Part shown: positions 22,589 through 34,641 of the stretch, piece after piece
Position numbering within the stretch: the stretch's first letter is position 1
Layout: the number at the start of each line of letters is the position of its first letter
Assembly: GCA_040285855.1 (NCBI GenBank)
Contig: JAUFOQ010000002.1
Coordinates: 2,604,001-2,668,000, forward strand
Origin: Eukaryota sp. GEM-RC1
Taxonomy: Eukaryota
Length of the DNA stretch: 64,000 nucleotides
Direction: 5' to 3'
Notes under the pieces: generated by a model
Told to the model about the DNA's origin: nothing
What the model saw: only the letters and a program-made list of their open reading frames with translations
The model's database searches: none
Program-made: the position numbers and the translations under genes

Positions 22589-25500
22589 ATGACAGAACCC
22601 TTCATAGATGTAATCTCCAAACTTCGTCAAATGCGTCAGTCTCAGTCTTTGCGTACAAACTTGTTCAACTCACCTCTAAACAAGAATGCTGTCTCCACTA
22701 ATTCATCTTACAAATTAATACGTCAACATGACTCAAATTCAGAACTGATCCACACTAATGAAGAGGATTACTCCAGTAACAGAACTACGTCCTTGACATC
22801 GACAAGTCCTGAAGCACACTTCCAATCATCAACTGACTCTAATCCATATGCGATCTCTAAAGTGGTACCAGCCAAGTATTCCAGCATTTTCCCCTTTCCA
22901 TCCTTTAATGAAGTCCAAAACACATGTTTTGATAAGCTCTTCAACACAGATGAAAACGTTGTTGTTTCAGCACCTACTGGTATCGTTCTTGCTCTAATTC
23001 ACTAACCACAGGTACAGGAAAAACCACTCTTTTCGAATTTGGAATCCTAAGACTTCTCAACAACTATAGTCCATCATCAATCCGGTGTGTCTACGTTGCT
23101 CCTATCAAAGCACTTTGTCAGGAGCGTGTTGCAGATTGGAAAAAAAGTTTTCTAAATTCAATCTTAAAGTATCTGAAGTAACAGGAGATGCTGGTGAAGA
23201 TTCTGATGCCACCACAAGCTCACTCATCGTTACTACTCCTGAAAAGATTGACTTTGTTACCAGAAGATTGCGTGGAGCTGCTTTCCACAACATTCAGCTT
23301 GTCATTATCGATGAAGTGCACCACTTGAACGAACAAAAAAGAGGACCAGTGTTGGAAGCAGTTGTTTCTAGATTGAAGCTTAATGCCTCCCCCAGGTTCA
23401 TTGCAGCATCTGCTACTATCCCCAACTGCCATGAAGTTGGTAGATGGCTTGGAGCAACTGCTGATTCTGTGTTTGAGTTTGGGGAGCAATATCGTCCAGT
23501 ATGTGTACAACTTCAAGCTAACTCCAGGTTCCTCTAGAAAAAGTCGTGATTGGAGTTCCATCGAAGAATAACAATGTGTTTGTATTTGACAAATTTCTTG
23601 ATTACAAACTATTTGATTTAATATCCAAGTATTCACCATCTAGGCCTGTTTTAATCTTCTGTTCTACTAGAAAAAGTGCTCAATCCGCCGCCACAAAGTT
23701 AATGAATGATTCACACGATTACTTTGTTTCAACTGCTACAAAGTCCCGTTTACAAACCCTAGCGAACTCAGTCCAAGACAAACACTTGAGTACTGTGTTC
23801 ACAAGTGGTATTGCCAGTCATTCAGCTGCACTTTCTCCGTCTGACAGAACTGCTGTTGAATCAGCCTTTTTGGAAGGTGTTATACGAGTGGTGTGTGCAA
23901 CATCTACTCTGAGTATTGGTATGTCAAATCATCTTATCATCTCATTACAGGTGTTAATCTCCCAGCTTACTGTGTGATTGTTAAAGGAACTCAGTTCTAT
24001 TCCCCAGGTTCAGGAGGTCAAACTGATTACTCTTCATTACAAATACTACAAATGATTGGAAGAGCTGGCCGACAACAGTATGTATAGAATCACGTCATGT
24101 TTAATTGTAGGTTTGACACAGATGCAGTGTCAATTATTCTGACAACACCGGATAAGTACAACCAATTTTCAAAACTAACTTCTGGAAATGAAATAGTTGA
24201 TTCTCAACTTTCTGATTATTTAACTGAACATTTAAATGCCGAAATTGCTGCCGGAATCATTACTCATAAAGAAGCCGCTTTCCAATGGGTAAAGTCAACA
24301 TTTTACTATCAACGACTTCTAAGTAGTAATGATGACGAGATCAATTCAATCGATCTAATGATTGACCGTGAAATCGAAAAACTGATTGAGGCTGGTTTGG
24401 TGTCACACTCTGATGGTCAGTTTATGGCTACGGAACTCGGTAAAATCGCTTCCAGGCAGTATATTTCTTTCCCTACTGTTTCAGCATGTCTTGGTTTATC
24501 AGAGACGGCAACAATCCATGAGCTATTACTACTATTGGCTGACTCTGATGAAATGAATGGGCATATTCTTAGAAACAATGAAAAGAAAGATTTGAATGCA
24601 ATTGTGGACAGAGATTTCGTTATATTTAAACCAGAAAAACCGAAAGTTCGGAGTACCGCTGAGAAGATCCTTGTTCTAATGCAGTGTGTAGCTAAAAGTC
24701 ACCAATTTGAAGCTTGGTCACTTAGACAAGATGGGCAAATAATTGTCCAAAAAATGGTAAAACTATTGAAAACAATTGCTGAACTATTCTTGGTTCAGTC
24801 AAAAACCTTTCCACAACGATTCCGACTCCTTTGTGAGCTCTACTCGGTGCTTAAAGGAGTTGATCGCCTCGTTTGGCCTCCCAAGAACACGGAATCCACC
24901 ACAACTGTGTGTGAATTACGACAATTGCAAGGTGTTGGGCCTGCTATATCATCATTATTAAATACTTCTGGAATTTTCACTCTTCAACAAGTAGCAGAAT
25001 CTGATCCTCGAAGACTTGAATTTATAACCAACAGAAATTCACCATTTGGTACTAAGCTAGTAGACGCAGCAAAGGTGTCCCGTCATTTGATCTCAAAGTG
25101 ACTAGGACTAATAGGCAAGTTGCCAATCATCAGACGGAAATTATGATTGAAGTTGTATTACATAATAAGATGTCAAAAAGTTTACTCATGATTGCGGATC
25201 GGGAAAGTAATCTCATTAATTGGAAATGGATCTCTGGAAGACAAAATCAAAAAATTGAGGAAAAAATCATCATTTCTTTATCGCCATCTACATATTCTTT
25301 AAAGATATGTGTAATTAATCAAGAGTGGGCAAACGTTGATAAGCAAATTATATTTGATGTACGTTCAAACACCACGCAACTCATGCCTTTTGCCATTGAC
25401 TTAGATGATACTACCACTAAGAATGTCTCCAAAACCAATTCCAGATCAGGAAAGACTTGTGCTCATAGATGTAAGGACAAAAGCAAGTGTCGGCATTCCT

Positions 25501-26015
25501 GTTGTAAGGTGGGACTACCCACAACAATACCAGAGGAGGACGATGACTTTGAATTTGACTTGAGTAAATCCCCAACACCGCCACCAAAGCCCAATCCTAA
25601 AGTGGAGGTAAGAGCAAGTCCTAAAGAAGAAAGACCAGTTAAAAAGGCAAGGATTGAACACAAAGAAGTGGAGATTCCACCATCTCCTTACAAAATCATT
25701 CAACAAAACAAGGCAAAACCTATATCAGAAATACAGAGACCGCAAACGAGTGCCTTGAAACTTCCAATGTCGAAAATGAAAACATCGAATACTAGCAAAC
25801 CGCTAATTAAAGGATTGTCTTTTGGGAAAAACAAACTAACAAGTAATTCTTTAAATTTAAATAATTTAAATAGTTCAAGATTGGAACAAAAAGTGACAAC
25901 AACTCCGATAAGAACAAAATTGTTAAATAATTCACCAATTATTCAAAGAACAGTGAAGGTAGATCAAATTTCAAGTAGAAACCCCATTATCTTACCCAGC
26001 ATTGATGACTTTTAA
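22589..26015 (+). CDS. HFM1: Meiotic DExH helicase MER3/HFM1 (Ski2-like, Sec63, C-terminal Zn finger)
   Basis: [52 protein letters not shown]. Introns 22980..23011, 23499..23527, 23919..23950 and 24078..24110. Homopolymer frameshifts near 23140 and 25072. Confidence 0.88.
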
Positions 26016-26056
26016 AAATAAATTATAATACAAAACCACAAACCCCTACTTTGCAG

Positions 26057-28033
26057 TTAAACTCTTCTTTTCTCAGGCTTTCTTAGTTTATCGTCGATTC
26101 TTCTAGTAACATTGTTTCTGGACTTCAACCTAATAGCTTCTTCTCGCTCTTTTTCTTCCCTGCGAGCCTGAGCGGCCATAAGATCTTTAAACTTTCTCTC
26201 TTCCACTGCTTGAGCTGAAGATCTGAGGGCAGCGGTCTTTCTAGCAACTGTTTCTTGCTCAGCTTTTAATTTTTGTAACTTTTCAAATTTTTCATTCTTC
26301 TTCCTCTCCAACTTATTAAGCAACTTGGCCTCAGCCTCCTCCTGCATCAACTGTCTATGAAGTTCCTCCTGATTCTTCTTCATTTGTTTGACTTCCCTTG
26401 ACTTCTTAGCGGCGTTTGAAAGCTGATTCCTACTTTTGGCAATCATTTCGGCCTTTTTCTTCAACAGCTCATGCCTACACTCTCTTTGTTCCACAATCTG
26501 TTGCCTCTTGAGTAACGTCTCCTTTTCATTCATCTCCTTTACCTTACATAATCGCTCCTTAAGCTCCATCAACGACATTTCCACTAACAAACCACATCCA
26601 GAAGACTCAGTTGGATCAAAAGGTTCTACAAACCCATCTCTAATCAAATCCTGAGCTCTAATACGTGCAATCAACTCAGCTCTCTCAGCAATCAATCTTT
26701 CATTTTCTAATGCCATTGCTCTTTCGTTTTCTTCTCTCTCCTTCCTCCTTTCCTGTCCTTCAACTTCCTTTTCCTTGGCAATTGATTCTTTTGCTTTTGA
26801 TGCATTTTCTCTAGATGAAATCACTTGAGCTCTTTGTTCACGTTTTCGGAGCTCCTCAGTGATTTTGCTTTCTTCTGCTAATTCTAACAGAGCATTCTTT
26901 TCTGATTTGATTTGCATAACTGTCAATCGATTGTCAAGAACGACGTTTTCAACTGCCTCTTTAGCAACTTCTTCAGATAATAGCACTTGTTGACGTAATT
27001 CAGCACGTTTTTTGAGCTTCTCCATCATTTCTGATTGCTCTCGTCGCTGAACTTCTTCATGGAACTCATACTCGTCATGGAGACACTCCTCATAATCATT
27101 GATTTTCGATAATTGTTCATCCTGAAGTTTCTTCAACGTCATTTCTTCCCGAAGTAAAGCAGTAGTGTTGATTCTAACAGGAATGGAAGGTGCCTTGATT
27201 GATTTCGACTGCGTGATTGACGGTTTAAACGTCATTTCTCTATTTTTCCTATCCTCCAATTCCTGCAAAACCACCGACTTCCTCAAAGGTCGAGTATCAG
27301 TACTCAGAGAGGGTTTAAATGACTTAGTTGCCTTAAACTCAGCCTTATGAGACTTGAGCTTTATAGGATGATAGGTAGTCTCTGGAATTGGATGGGCTTT
27401 CACTTGGGGAAAGTGTTCTTCCTCTGGGGGTGGGCGAGGTTTGGTTAGTGAAAGGTTGAACTCTTTGGTGATTGTGGTAGGTAGATTTGATTTGATGAGG
27501 GTGTGATTGCTTGATGAGGGTCGGAGTCGTGCTGGGTCAATAAGATCAAAATAATCACGTAGTTCTGAGCTTGCAGAAAGAAGAGGGGTAATTAAGTTGT
27601 CGTTCACGTAGTCTGATTCAAAGACTGTAAGCCAAGACTGTTTAAACTCAGTTTGTAGACGTGATTCATCGAGAAAAAACATGAAAAAAACGTGGATTTT
27701 GAAGGAGTCCTGTGATTTGAGGAAGGACAGAAAATTGTCCTTCCCCAGTTCTTCATATCGAAAGAGAGAAAGATAAACAAAGAGGCGGTAATAGGTACGG
27801 TCCGTTCGAAGGGCTGTAGGAACGTCATCGTAAAAGGATGTGATAACTGCATCAATGACTTTCTTATAACGTAGTGATCCAGTAAAGACTTCATAGAGAA
27901 AAATGACAGCATTCTCATCTCCAATGTTGTGTTTGAAAACGAATTGTTCTACATGGGCATCTGGAAGCATCCTTCGAGGGTCAAAGGAGTCATAGAGATC
28001 TTTAGTTTTCGACAGCAATTCAGCTGGTTCCAT
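26057..28033 (-). CDS. CFAP99: Cilia- and flagella-associated protein 99
   Basis: N-terminal FLYEVF..LRYKK, YLSLFRYEELG; NTTALLRE; FDPTESSG.GLL.EMSL.ELKERL; long coiled coil. Confidence 0.8.
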   Translation of the reverse strand: MEPAELLSKTKDLYDSFDPRRMLPDAHVEQFVFKHNIGDENAVIFLYEVFTGSLRYKKVIDAVITSFYDDVPTALRTDRTYYRLFVYLSLFRYEELGKDNFLSFLKSQDSFKIHVFFMFFLDESRLQTEFKQSWLTVFESDYVNDNLITPLLSASSELRDYFDLIDPARLRPSSSNHTLIKSNLPTTITKEFNLSLTKPRPPPEEEHFPQVKAHPIPETTYHPIKLKSHKAEFKATKSFKPSLSTDTRPLRKSVVLQELEDRKNREMTFKPSITQSKSIKAPSIPVRINTTALLREEMTLKKLQDEQLSKINDYEECLHDEYEFHEEVQRREQSEMMEKLKKRAELRQQVLLSEEVAKEAVENVVLDNRLTVMQIKSEKNALLELAEESKITEELRKREQRAQVISSRENASKAKESIAKEKEVEGQERRKEREENERAMALENERLIAERAELIARIRAQDLIRDGFVEPFDPTESSGCGLLVEMSLMELKERLCKVKEMNEKETLLKRQQIVEQRECRHELLKKKAEMIAKSRNQLSNAAKKSREVKQMKKNQEELHRQLMQEEAEAKLLNKLERKKNEKFEKLQKLKAEQETVARKTAALRSSAQAVEERKFKDLMAAQARREEKEREEAIRLKSRNNVTRRIDDKLRKPEKRRV

Positions 28034-28234
28034 TTAGGGATTGAAGATTTTTCGAGAATAAACCAACACAACCAATTTCTTGCTTAAATTGACTCAGATT
28101 TGCTTTATTTTGGACCACTATAGCTATAGTTTGACACAATAGAGGGCTTACCATTTGAATATATTTAGACTTACACTTAAACCTAGACATTCTAGTACTT
28201 GTAAACTTTTTTGTTAATTGACACTTTTTGATTC

Positions 28235-30318
28235 ATGTTGAAACTGACAACAATTCTGTTATCATTGCTGGTGCTTCAGGCTTTCGGAAGACTATGGAAA
28301 GCTGAAGACACAAAAGACCTTTACGTCTTGGAGGTAGTGCAATCGATCCAAACGGTCGCTTTATTGCCTACATCTCCACCCAATACTTCTATAAGGATGG
28401 ATCTGACGTTTATGGTTCTTGGTTGTCTCTTCAAGACCTTTCCACAGACCGTGTTGTTCATGTTACCAGTCCCAAACCTGGTGTTGGCCTATCTGACATT
28501 TCTTTTGTCAAACTGCCCAACAATTTCCATGCTCTATTCTGGATCTCTACCGAAAGCGGATCATCTCAAGTCTGGTACACTCTCGTATCATCTAACTACC
28601 AAACAGATCCCATTCAACTCACGGATTATCCTCTGGACATCGCCAATCTCAAAGCCAACCCTCAAGGAGACATGTTGGCCTTCTCAGCCACTGTTTTCTA
28701 TGGAATGAACATGAAAGAATCCAAGAAGGAAGAAGATCGAAGAGCCGGTTTGAAACACAAGGTTCGCGAGTTCACTGCCCTCAAGTTCAGACACTGGGCT
28801 CAGTGGGAAGTAGAAGAACAGTTTGACCACGTCTTCACCCAGTCAATCACCTTTTACGGGGGTAAGTTCCACCTCAAGGGAGATGCCTTTGATACCATGG
28901 AGAGAGTCCGTGCTCATTGCCCTACCCGTCCCTTCTCAGGATCTGAAACCTTCAACTTCCTAGCTGATTCAGATACCATTGTGTTGAACTATCAGATCAA
29001 GACTCAGGATGAAGCTTGGAACACTGACTGGAATGTGTACTTTGCGAAGGTTAACAGAACTGTCACTCATACTTGTATCACTTGCCAAAACCGTGCTAGA
29101 AAGCAGCAACCGGTATTCACTGATGACGGTCGTGAGCTCTATTATCTCACCATGGGCATTCCTCAAGCAGAAAGTGATAAGAGCAACCTTGTTGTCATGG
29201 ATCTCAAGACTCAGCAATCAAAGACTTTCTTGTCCACGTGGCATCTAAGCCCAGACCAATTCGTTGTAACTAAGAAACAGGTCTATCTTATTGCCAGTGA
29301 TCGTGGTACCATGAAACTCTTCACTCTCTCCCTTGACAGTGTTGCCAATACTCCTAAAGAGATTCCCTTTCAACATGGAGCAGTTCAACAAATCGTTGGA
29401 ATTGTTGGTGATGACGTTTATGTGGTTTCTTCTGACTGGAATAGACCTGCCGAAGTCTACAAAATGAACTCCAATGCATCCACTCAAGTCACTCATCTTA
29501 ACGGCAAGTTCTTATCTCAAATCGATGATACCATTGTTGAAGAGATGTGGATCAAGACTAGTGATGGTCTCGAAGTTCAAGGCTGGATTCTCTACCCTCA
29601 TAACTTAGATCGATCTAAGAAGACTCCTGCTGTGCTTACTCTTCATGGAGGACCACAAGGAGCTTGGAATAATGTCTGGAGTTACCGTTGGCCAGCAGCA
29701 GTCTTTGCAGCTTACGGATATCCCATTATTCTAGTTAATCCTAGAGGATCTTCTGGATATGGTATTGAATTCCAACGAGCAGTTACTGGAGATTGGTGTG
29801 GTAAGCCCATGGATGATGATTTAGAGTTCTTGGACGCTACGATTGAGAAGTTTTCCTTTATTGATGGGTCAGCTATTGGAGTTATGGGAGCTAGTTATGG
29901 TGGTTTCTCAACAAATTGGTTGGTACATACTGGAAGATTCAAGGCAGCTGTTTCTCATGATGGTCTTGTTGATTTCAAGTCCTTTTATTATACAACTGAT
30001 GAGGTTTTCTTTGCTGAGATGGAGTTTGGTGGTAAACCATATGATGAGCCACTTCCTGAATCTTATGAAAAGTGTTCTCCTATCAACTACATTGAGCAAA
30101 TTGAAGCTCCAATGTTGCTTATTCATGGACAGCAAGATTTCAGAATTGATTGGACTCAGAATATGATGTTGTTCACTGGACTTCAACGAAGAGGTATTCC
30201 TTCTAAGTTGGTTTTGTTTGATAGAGCTAGTCATTGGGTAACTAACGTCAATGATTGGTTGTATTGGATGGAGATCATTTTTGATCAAAAAGAAGGCTGG
30301 TTTGCAAAATATTTGTAA
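28235..30318 (+). CDS. Secreted S9 family serine peptidase (dipeptidyl-peptidase 5-like)
   Basis: Signal peptide; HGGPQG, GASYGG, DFRI, SHW triad motifs; 1-bp frameshift near 28320. Confidence 0.9.
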
Positions 30319-30539
30319 ATTTCAATTTTATTGAATCGTTATAATAAAATTTATTTCTAAGCATTTATTTATTGGAATACTACAGTATTTGATTGCAGGC
30401 TTGCTTTGAAATGATCACCTTCTGTCAACAAATGATGATAATCAACATGATTGATGATTGTTTCAATTATAATTGAGTAGTAAGTTGCCAAAGTAAACAT
30501 TAAACTCTCACTGTGGTTCTCAACTCAAATGGATATTCC

Positions 30540-30639
30540 CAAAGTACACAACTTTGTTAATTTTCATTTTGATTAGAGTATCGAAACCACAGACACTCAG
30601 TGAGCTAAGCCCACTTCGCTATGTACCGTTAAAAGTACA
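30540..30639 (-). ncRNA. Candidate Fanzor omegaRNA scaffold
   Basis: Three closely spaced hairpins directly after the Fanzor stop (30622..30639, 30599..30615, 30576..30598) and a fourth at 30540..30556. Confidence 0.55.
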
Positions 30640-32400
30640 CTAAAGTTCTTTACGAGAGACCTTCGTCTGCTGGACTGACTTTACGCTTCTTCTTTTAGGC
30701 GAACTCATTTCTTTTGGTGGATTCTTGCATGACCTTTTGTTATGACCTTCTTGGCCACAATTTCCACATGTATTATTCTTTCCTGTTGAAGTTTTGTTCT
30801 TTCCTGTTGAAGTTTTCTTCTTTCTGGTCGCAGTCTTCTTCTTCTTCTGGTCTCTCGCCAAAGTATCCTTACCACTCTCGAGATCTGTTGTTTGAGTTTT
30901 AGGTCTCTCGAGAGCGGATGGCCTACCTTGACCATTGATCGTTGCTTCAATGATGGAATAGATATTAATGGCAGAATTTAGGTCTCTATTCCAAAAAGTA
31001 CCACACTCAGCATCTGAGCACCTTACCAGTCCCCAGGGTGTGGATTTAGCTTCTTCTTCCAATGACTTCTGCTTCACCTCCCACTCTGCTTCCAAAATCC
31101 CGTTGGTTTAGAGGATCTTGTTTGTTTTTAAGCAAAATTTCTCTTCTTAACTTTCTCTTCTTCCTTCTTAGCTGTTTCTTACCTTTTGGACCAAGAACCT
31201 TTAGTTCTGAAACATTTTCACATTCTACGAAAGTTGATTTTTCCTTAGCACATTTGGAACAACACTTGCTTGTTCTGTATTCATCAACAAGAAATATTTG
31301 GTATCCATATCTTCTTAACATTCTACGGATTTCCACTGCTCTAACAGTAGAGGTTTTACCCTTTCTTGTTTTACCTTTTGAGCTCCAATCCCCATAGCCA
31401 ATGACAACGTCTTCTGGAGGTCCATATGTTAAATTGAAGCGTTCCAGCATGTTTTTCTCCGAACGTTGGTTATTTGAATAAATCTGGAATTTCCTTTTTC
31501 TAAACCAGTCATCTTCGTAAAAAGAACTCAAATATACGTTATATCGTTCGGCTTCTTTAATATATGTTCCAAATGTGTCACTGAAACACGACTTTCTTTC
31601 CCCATTTGATACAGCATTGGAGAATTGGTTAACGACATCTCTTCCTGTTACAAGTATCTCGTTAGGATTGGCAACCAAAAAATCTTGAAGTTGAGTTTCA
31701 TCTGGCAATTCTGAAGGAAAATCTGGAAGTTCATCAGTAAGAGTTTGCTCTTGTGAATCAACAGAAAAATCTCTGCGTTGCCTTTCAGTGACAGTTTCAT
31801 CTGGTGATTCGATAGAAAATTCTTTCAGTTTTCTATTTTCAGATTTACGATATTTTTTAGATTTCCTATCATAAGCTCTTTCTCCCGCTGTGTAATTAAA
31901 CTTCTTCCATTTGTGCTTAGCCTTTTTCTTTGATTTTTTTATCATTATTGGAATTTTTCCAATCTTGTAACTGTTTCTTTCTTTTTTTAATTCCTCCTCT
32001 TTTCTTACTTCTGATTTCTGAGGGTAATCGTTTTTTGAGTGGATTATTTTCAGAAATATCTTCTTTTTAGCTCATCGACTGTCTTTTCTGAAACACAATA
32101 CATTAAATCATATTCATTTGGATCAATACCGACAATTCTTTTTTCTTTCAATTGTAATTCGTGAATATTCTCATTTGATAAAGAGTGAATGTATCTTTCC
32201 GAAGTTCCAAGAGATTTAGCAGTAAAATCTTTGAAGGTATTTCCATCTTCATCAACCAAATCTTTTCTCATTAAAACCAAACTACAAGAAATTCCATCTG
32301 TCAGAATTGAAGAATATCTAAAGACAAATGATTTTGTTGGTGCCACAGCTTTGTCAGTAAGGACCTGATCAAAGACCTTTTTTCTTATTTCATCTGCATT
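30640..32400 (-). pseudogene. Fanzor (eukaryotic TnpB-family RNA-guided endonuclease); 5' truncated and frameshifted as assembled
   Basis: SILTDGISCS, RuvC-I GIDPNE, VIGYGDWS, RuvC-II LVDEYRTSKCCSKC, VRCSDAEC, RuvC-III WNRDLNSAINI across ORFs 32050..32346, 31046..31945 and 30640..31095. Confidence 0.9.
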
Positions 32401-32887
32401 TTATGAAACTCTCAGCATTTTCTGGAATGATGCGTACAAAAGAATGGATGAAGATGAATTGTGATTTATTAACATCGTCATTTTGTGAAGTAAGAAAAGT
32501 GTAGATCGAACTAACATTGAAATTCAGGAACAGTATATTGAAATATATTCAAATTCAAACGACCTTACCGAGGTAAAGGTCACTTAAGGTAACAAATTGG
32601 TCTCCATGTTTGAAGAACCGTAAGCAAAGATACCTTGAGAAAATTCTTTTGTAAAGAGACAGAATTAGCTAATGTAAGTAGTACCAGAACAATTTGTAAT
32701 TGTAAGATGATTCAAACCAGTATTGGTACAATGGGATTACTCATGACAAAAGTGAACAGTGCAATAACATCTAAAACTCTGAAAAAGAAGCTACTTCCGA
32801 GATACACAACAACAATATGTTCTACAATCAGAACTTGTTTTCAAAACTAACTCAATGAAACATGGATGGTTTATCAGTTCCATCATC

Positions 32888-34131
32888 CTAGTTGTCTAAA
32901 TTCAATTCCTCCATTTCTTCTTCTTCGTCGTCATCTTCCAATCCTTCATTGCTTTTAAGAACTTTCAACCCACGAGCAGTTCTAAACACAGAGGAAACCA
33001 AACGTGACATGGGATCAGATTCAATCAAACTGTCATCAGCAGCAATCAAACTTTTGATTGTCGGTTTGATCTTTACATAAACTTCTCTCTGAACCAACCA
33101 AAGTCTTTTGTACAAACTTTGGCTGGTGGCTCATCAATCAAACTGCGAATTGACGGATGATTTAAAGAATTCAGACAAATTAAAACATTGGAAGTACTTG
33201 GCAATTCAATGGTGGAAATACCTGCAAGTTTATCTCTGGAAATTGTAAAAGAATGTCGACAATCAATAATTTGATATTTCCGATTTTCAGGACTGTTAAC
33301 CAAATTGAGCCCTTTCAAGCACAAAAGTCGTCGCCACGGTCCATTTTTGATTGAATAGAAACGATCAGCAATCATTTGTCGTATTTGATGGCTTGATTGC
33401 ATACCTGCCCGATTAAGAAGGTCATAACGTAACCAAACCGGGGACTCTTCAACCAGCTCAAGAATTACTTTAAATCCAGAAAATTTAAAAAGTCGCTCTG
33501 AAGGTTCAGTAAACCTCGGAATTTTATCAGAAAGCAAATCATCAAAAGAAACGGAAACAGTAGAGACAGGTAGTGCACTTGAAAGTGAATCAGATGCAGC
33601 AGGAGCTGTAGAAGAAGAATCAAAGTTAGAAGAAAACAAATGTTCTGAAGAAGATTTCAGAAGTGTTGACCACATGGGTTTGTACACGTCACGATGACGT
33701 GACGAAGAGAACTTTGAAACAGCAAAAAAGACCTCCGTGGGATCCAACTCATGAGTCAGGGAGGCATCCTGGACAAGAGATTCTAAGGGGAAAGGTGGGG
33801 GAAGAACTTGGTAGTCAGAGATTGTTGGGAAAGTGTGGGTGGAGAGAACATGGCCAATGCAAGATATGTCGGTTATTGTAGCATCGTCAGTGTCAATTTC
33901 AACGAGCAAGGATGTGTTTGTATTGACCTTGCTAGTAATTGGGATTGTGTAGGGACAAGAGGGTCTAAAAGATAGATTTATTGGTGAATTGGCAGATAGA
34001 CATTCAGATAAATGTTCAGAGCCACCAAGACACTCCATTGCTTTGTCTTGATTAAGTACCTTTCCAGGAAACTCTACCAGATGAAAAGCAGAGACTTGAT
34101 TATCCGGAAGAGTGAAAGTATGAGAGGACAT
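32888..34131 (-). CDS. GTF3C5: TFIIIC subunit tau95 (Tfc1)
   Basis: VEFPGKVLNQDKAMECLGG, LSFRP, ISDYQ, PVW, GPWRRL, YQIIDCR, GWF; acidic tail; frameshift near 33085. Confidence 0.85.
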
Positions 34132-34217
34132 CAGTTGTTATAGAAGTGACCAATGGTGGTATTTGTGACTTAGATGAAGTGAAACTCTGGAGTTGGGAAA
34201 AACACACTAGCATAGAA

Positions 34218-34559
34218 ATGTCTACTCCTCCTTTAAAACGTACTAATACCACTGATAAACCATCTCCTACAGACATCAATGAGAAGATCGCACTTTACCT
34301 AACATCAAAAGGGAATTCTGTCGGTTGTGGATCAAAGTTCGGATCTGCATTTGGTCTTCTTTACAAAGACCAACATCGCAAGGGCCATGCTACTTCAGTA
34401 CTGCACCCAGTCAATGATCCTTACATGATCGACAATCTATCTCTTTTACGTAAAGCTAGATTAGCATCGTCTGCCAAGAAACAAGCTTCATTCATTCTAC
34501 ATGAAGACGGAGAACAGATCAAGGTTCTCAATATGTCTTATAAGTTCGTACCAACCTAA
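34218..34559 (+). CDS. Minimal tRNA-splicing endonuclease catalytic subunit (Sen2/Sen34-like)
   Basis: GSKFGSAFGLLY, GHA, RLASSAKK carry the Y/H/K catalytic triad pattern. Confidence 0.7.
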   Translation: MSTPPLKRTNTTDKPSPTDINEKIALYLTSKGNSVGCGSKFGSAFGLLYKDQHRKGHATSVLHPVNDPYMIDNLSLLRKARLASSAKKQASFILHEDGEQIKVLNMSYKFVPT

Positions 34560-34641
34560 CACGTGTTTTCTTTCCAGAACCAGTTTGCCGGCATCATTTT
34601 ACTTTCCCTATTTTTGTAAACACTTACAAACACTGGTTCCA

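Noticed and set aside
32400..32880. Fanzor N-terminus or left transposon end
   Set aside because: No sustained ORF, TIR or TSD matching the right end could be identified.
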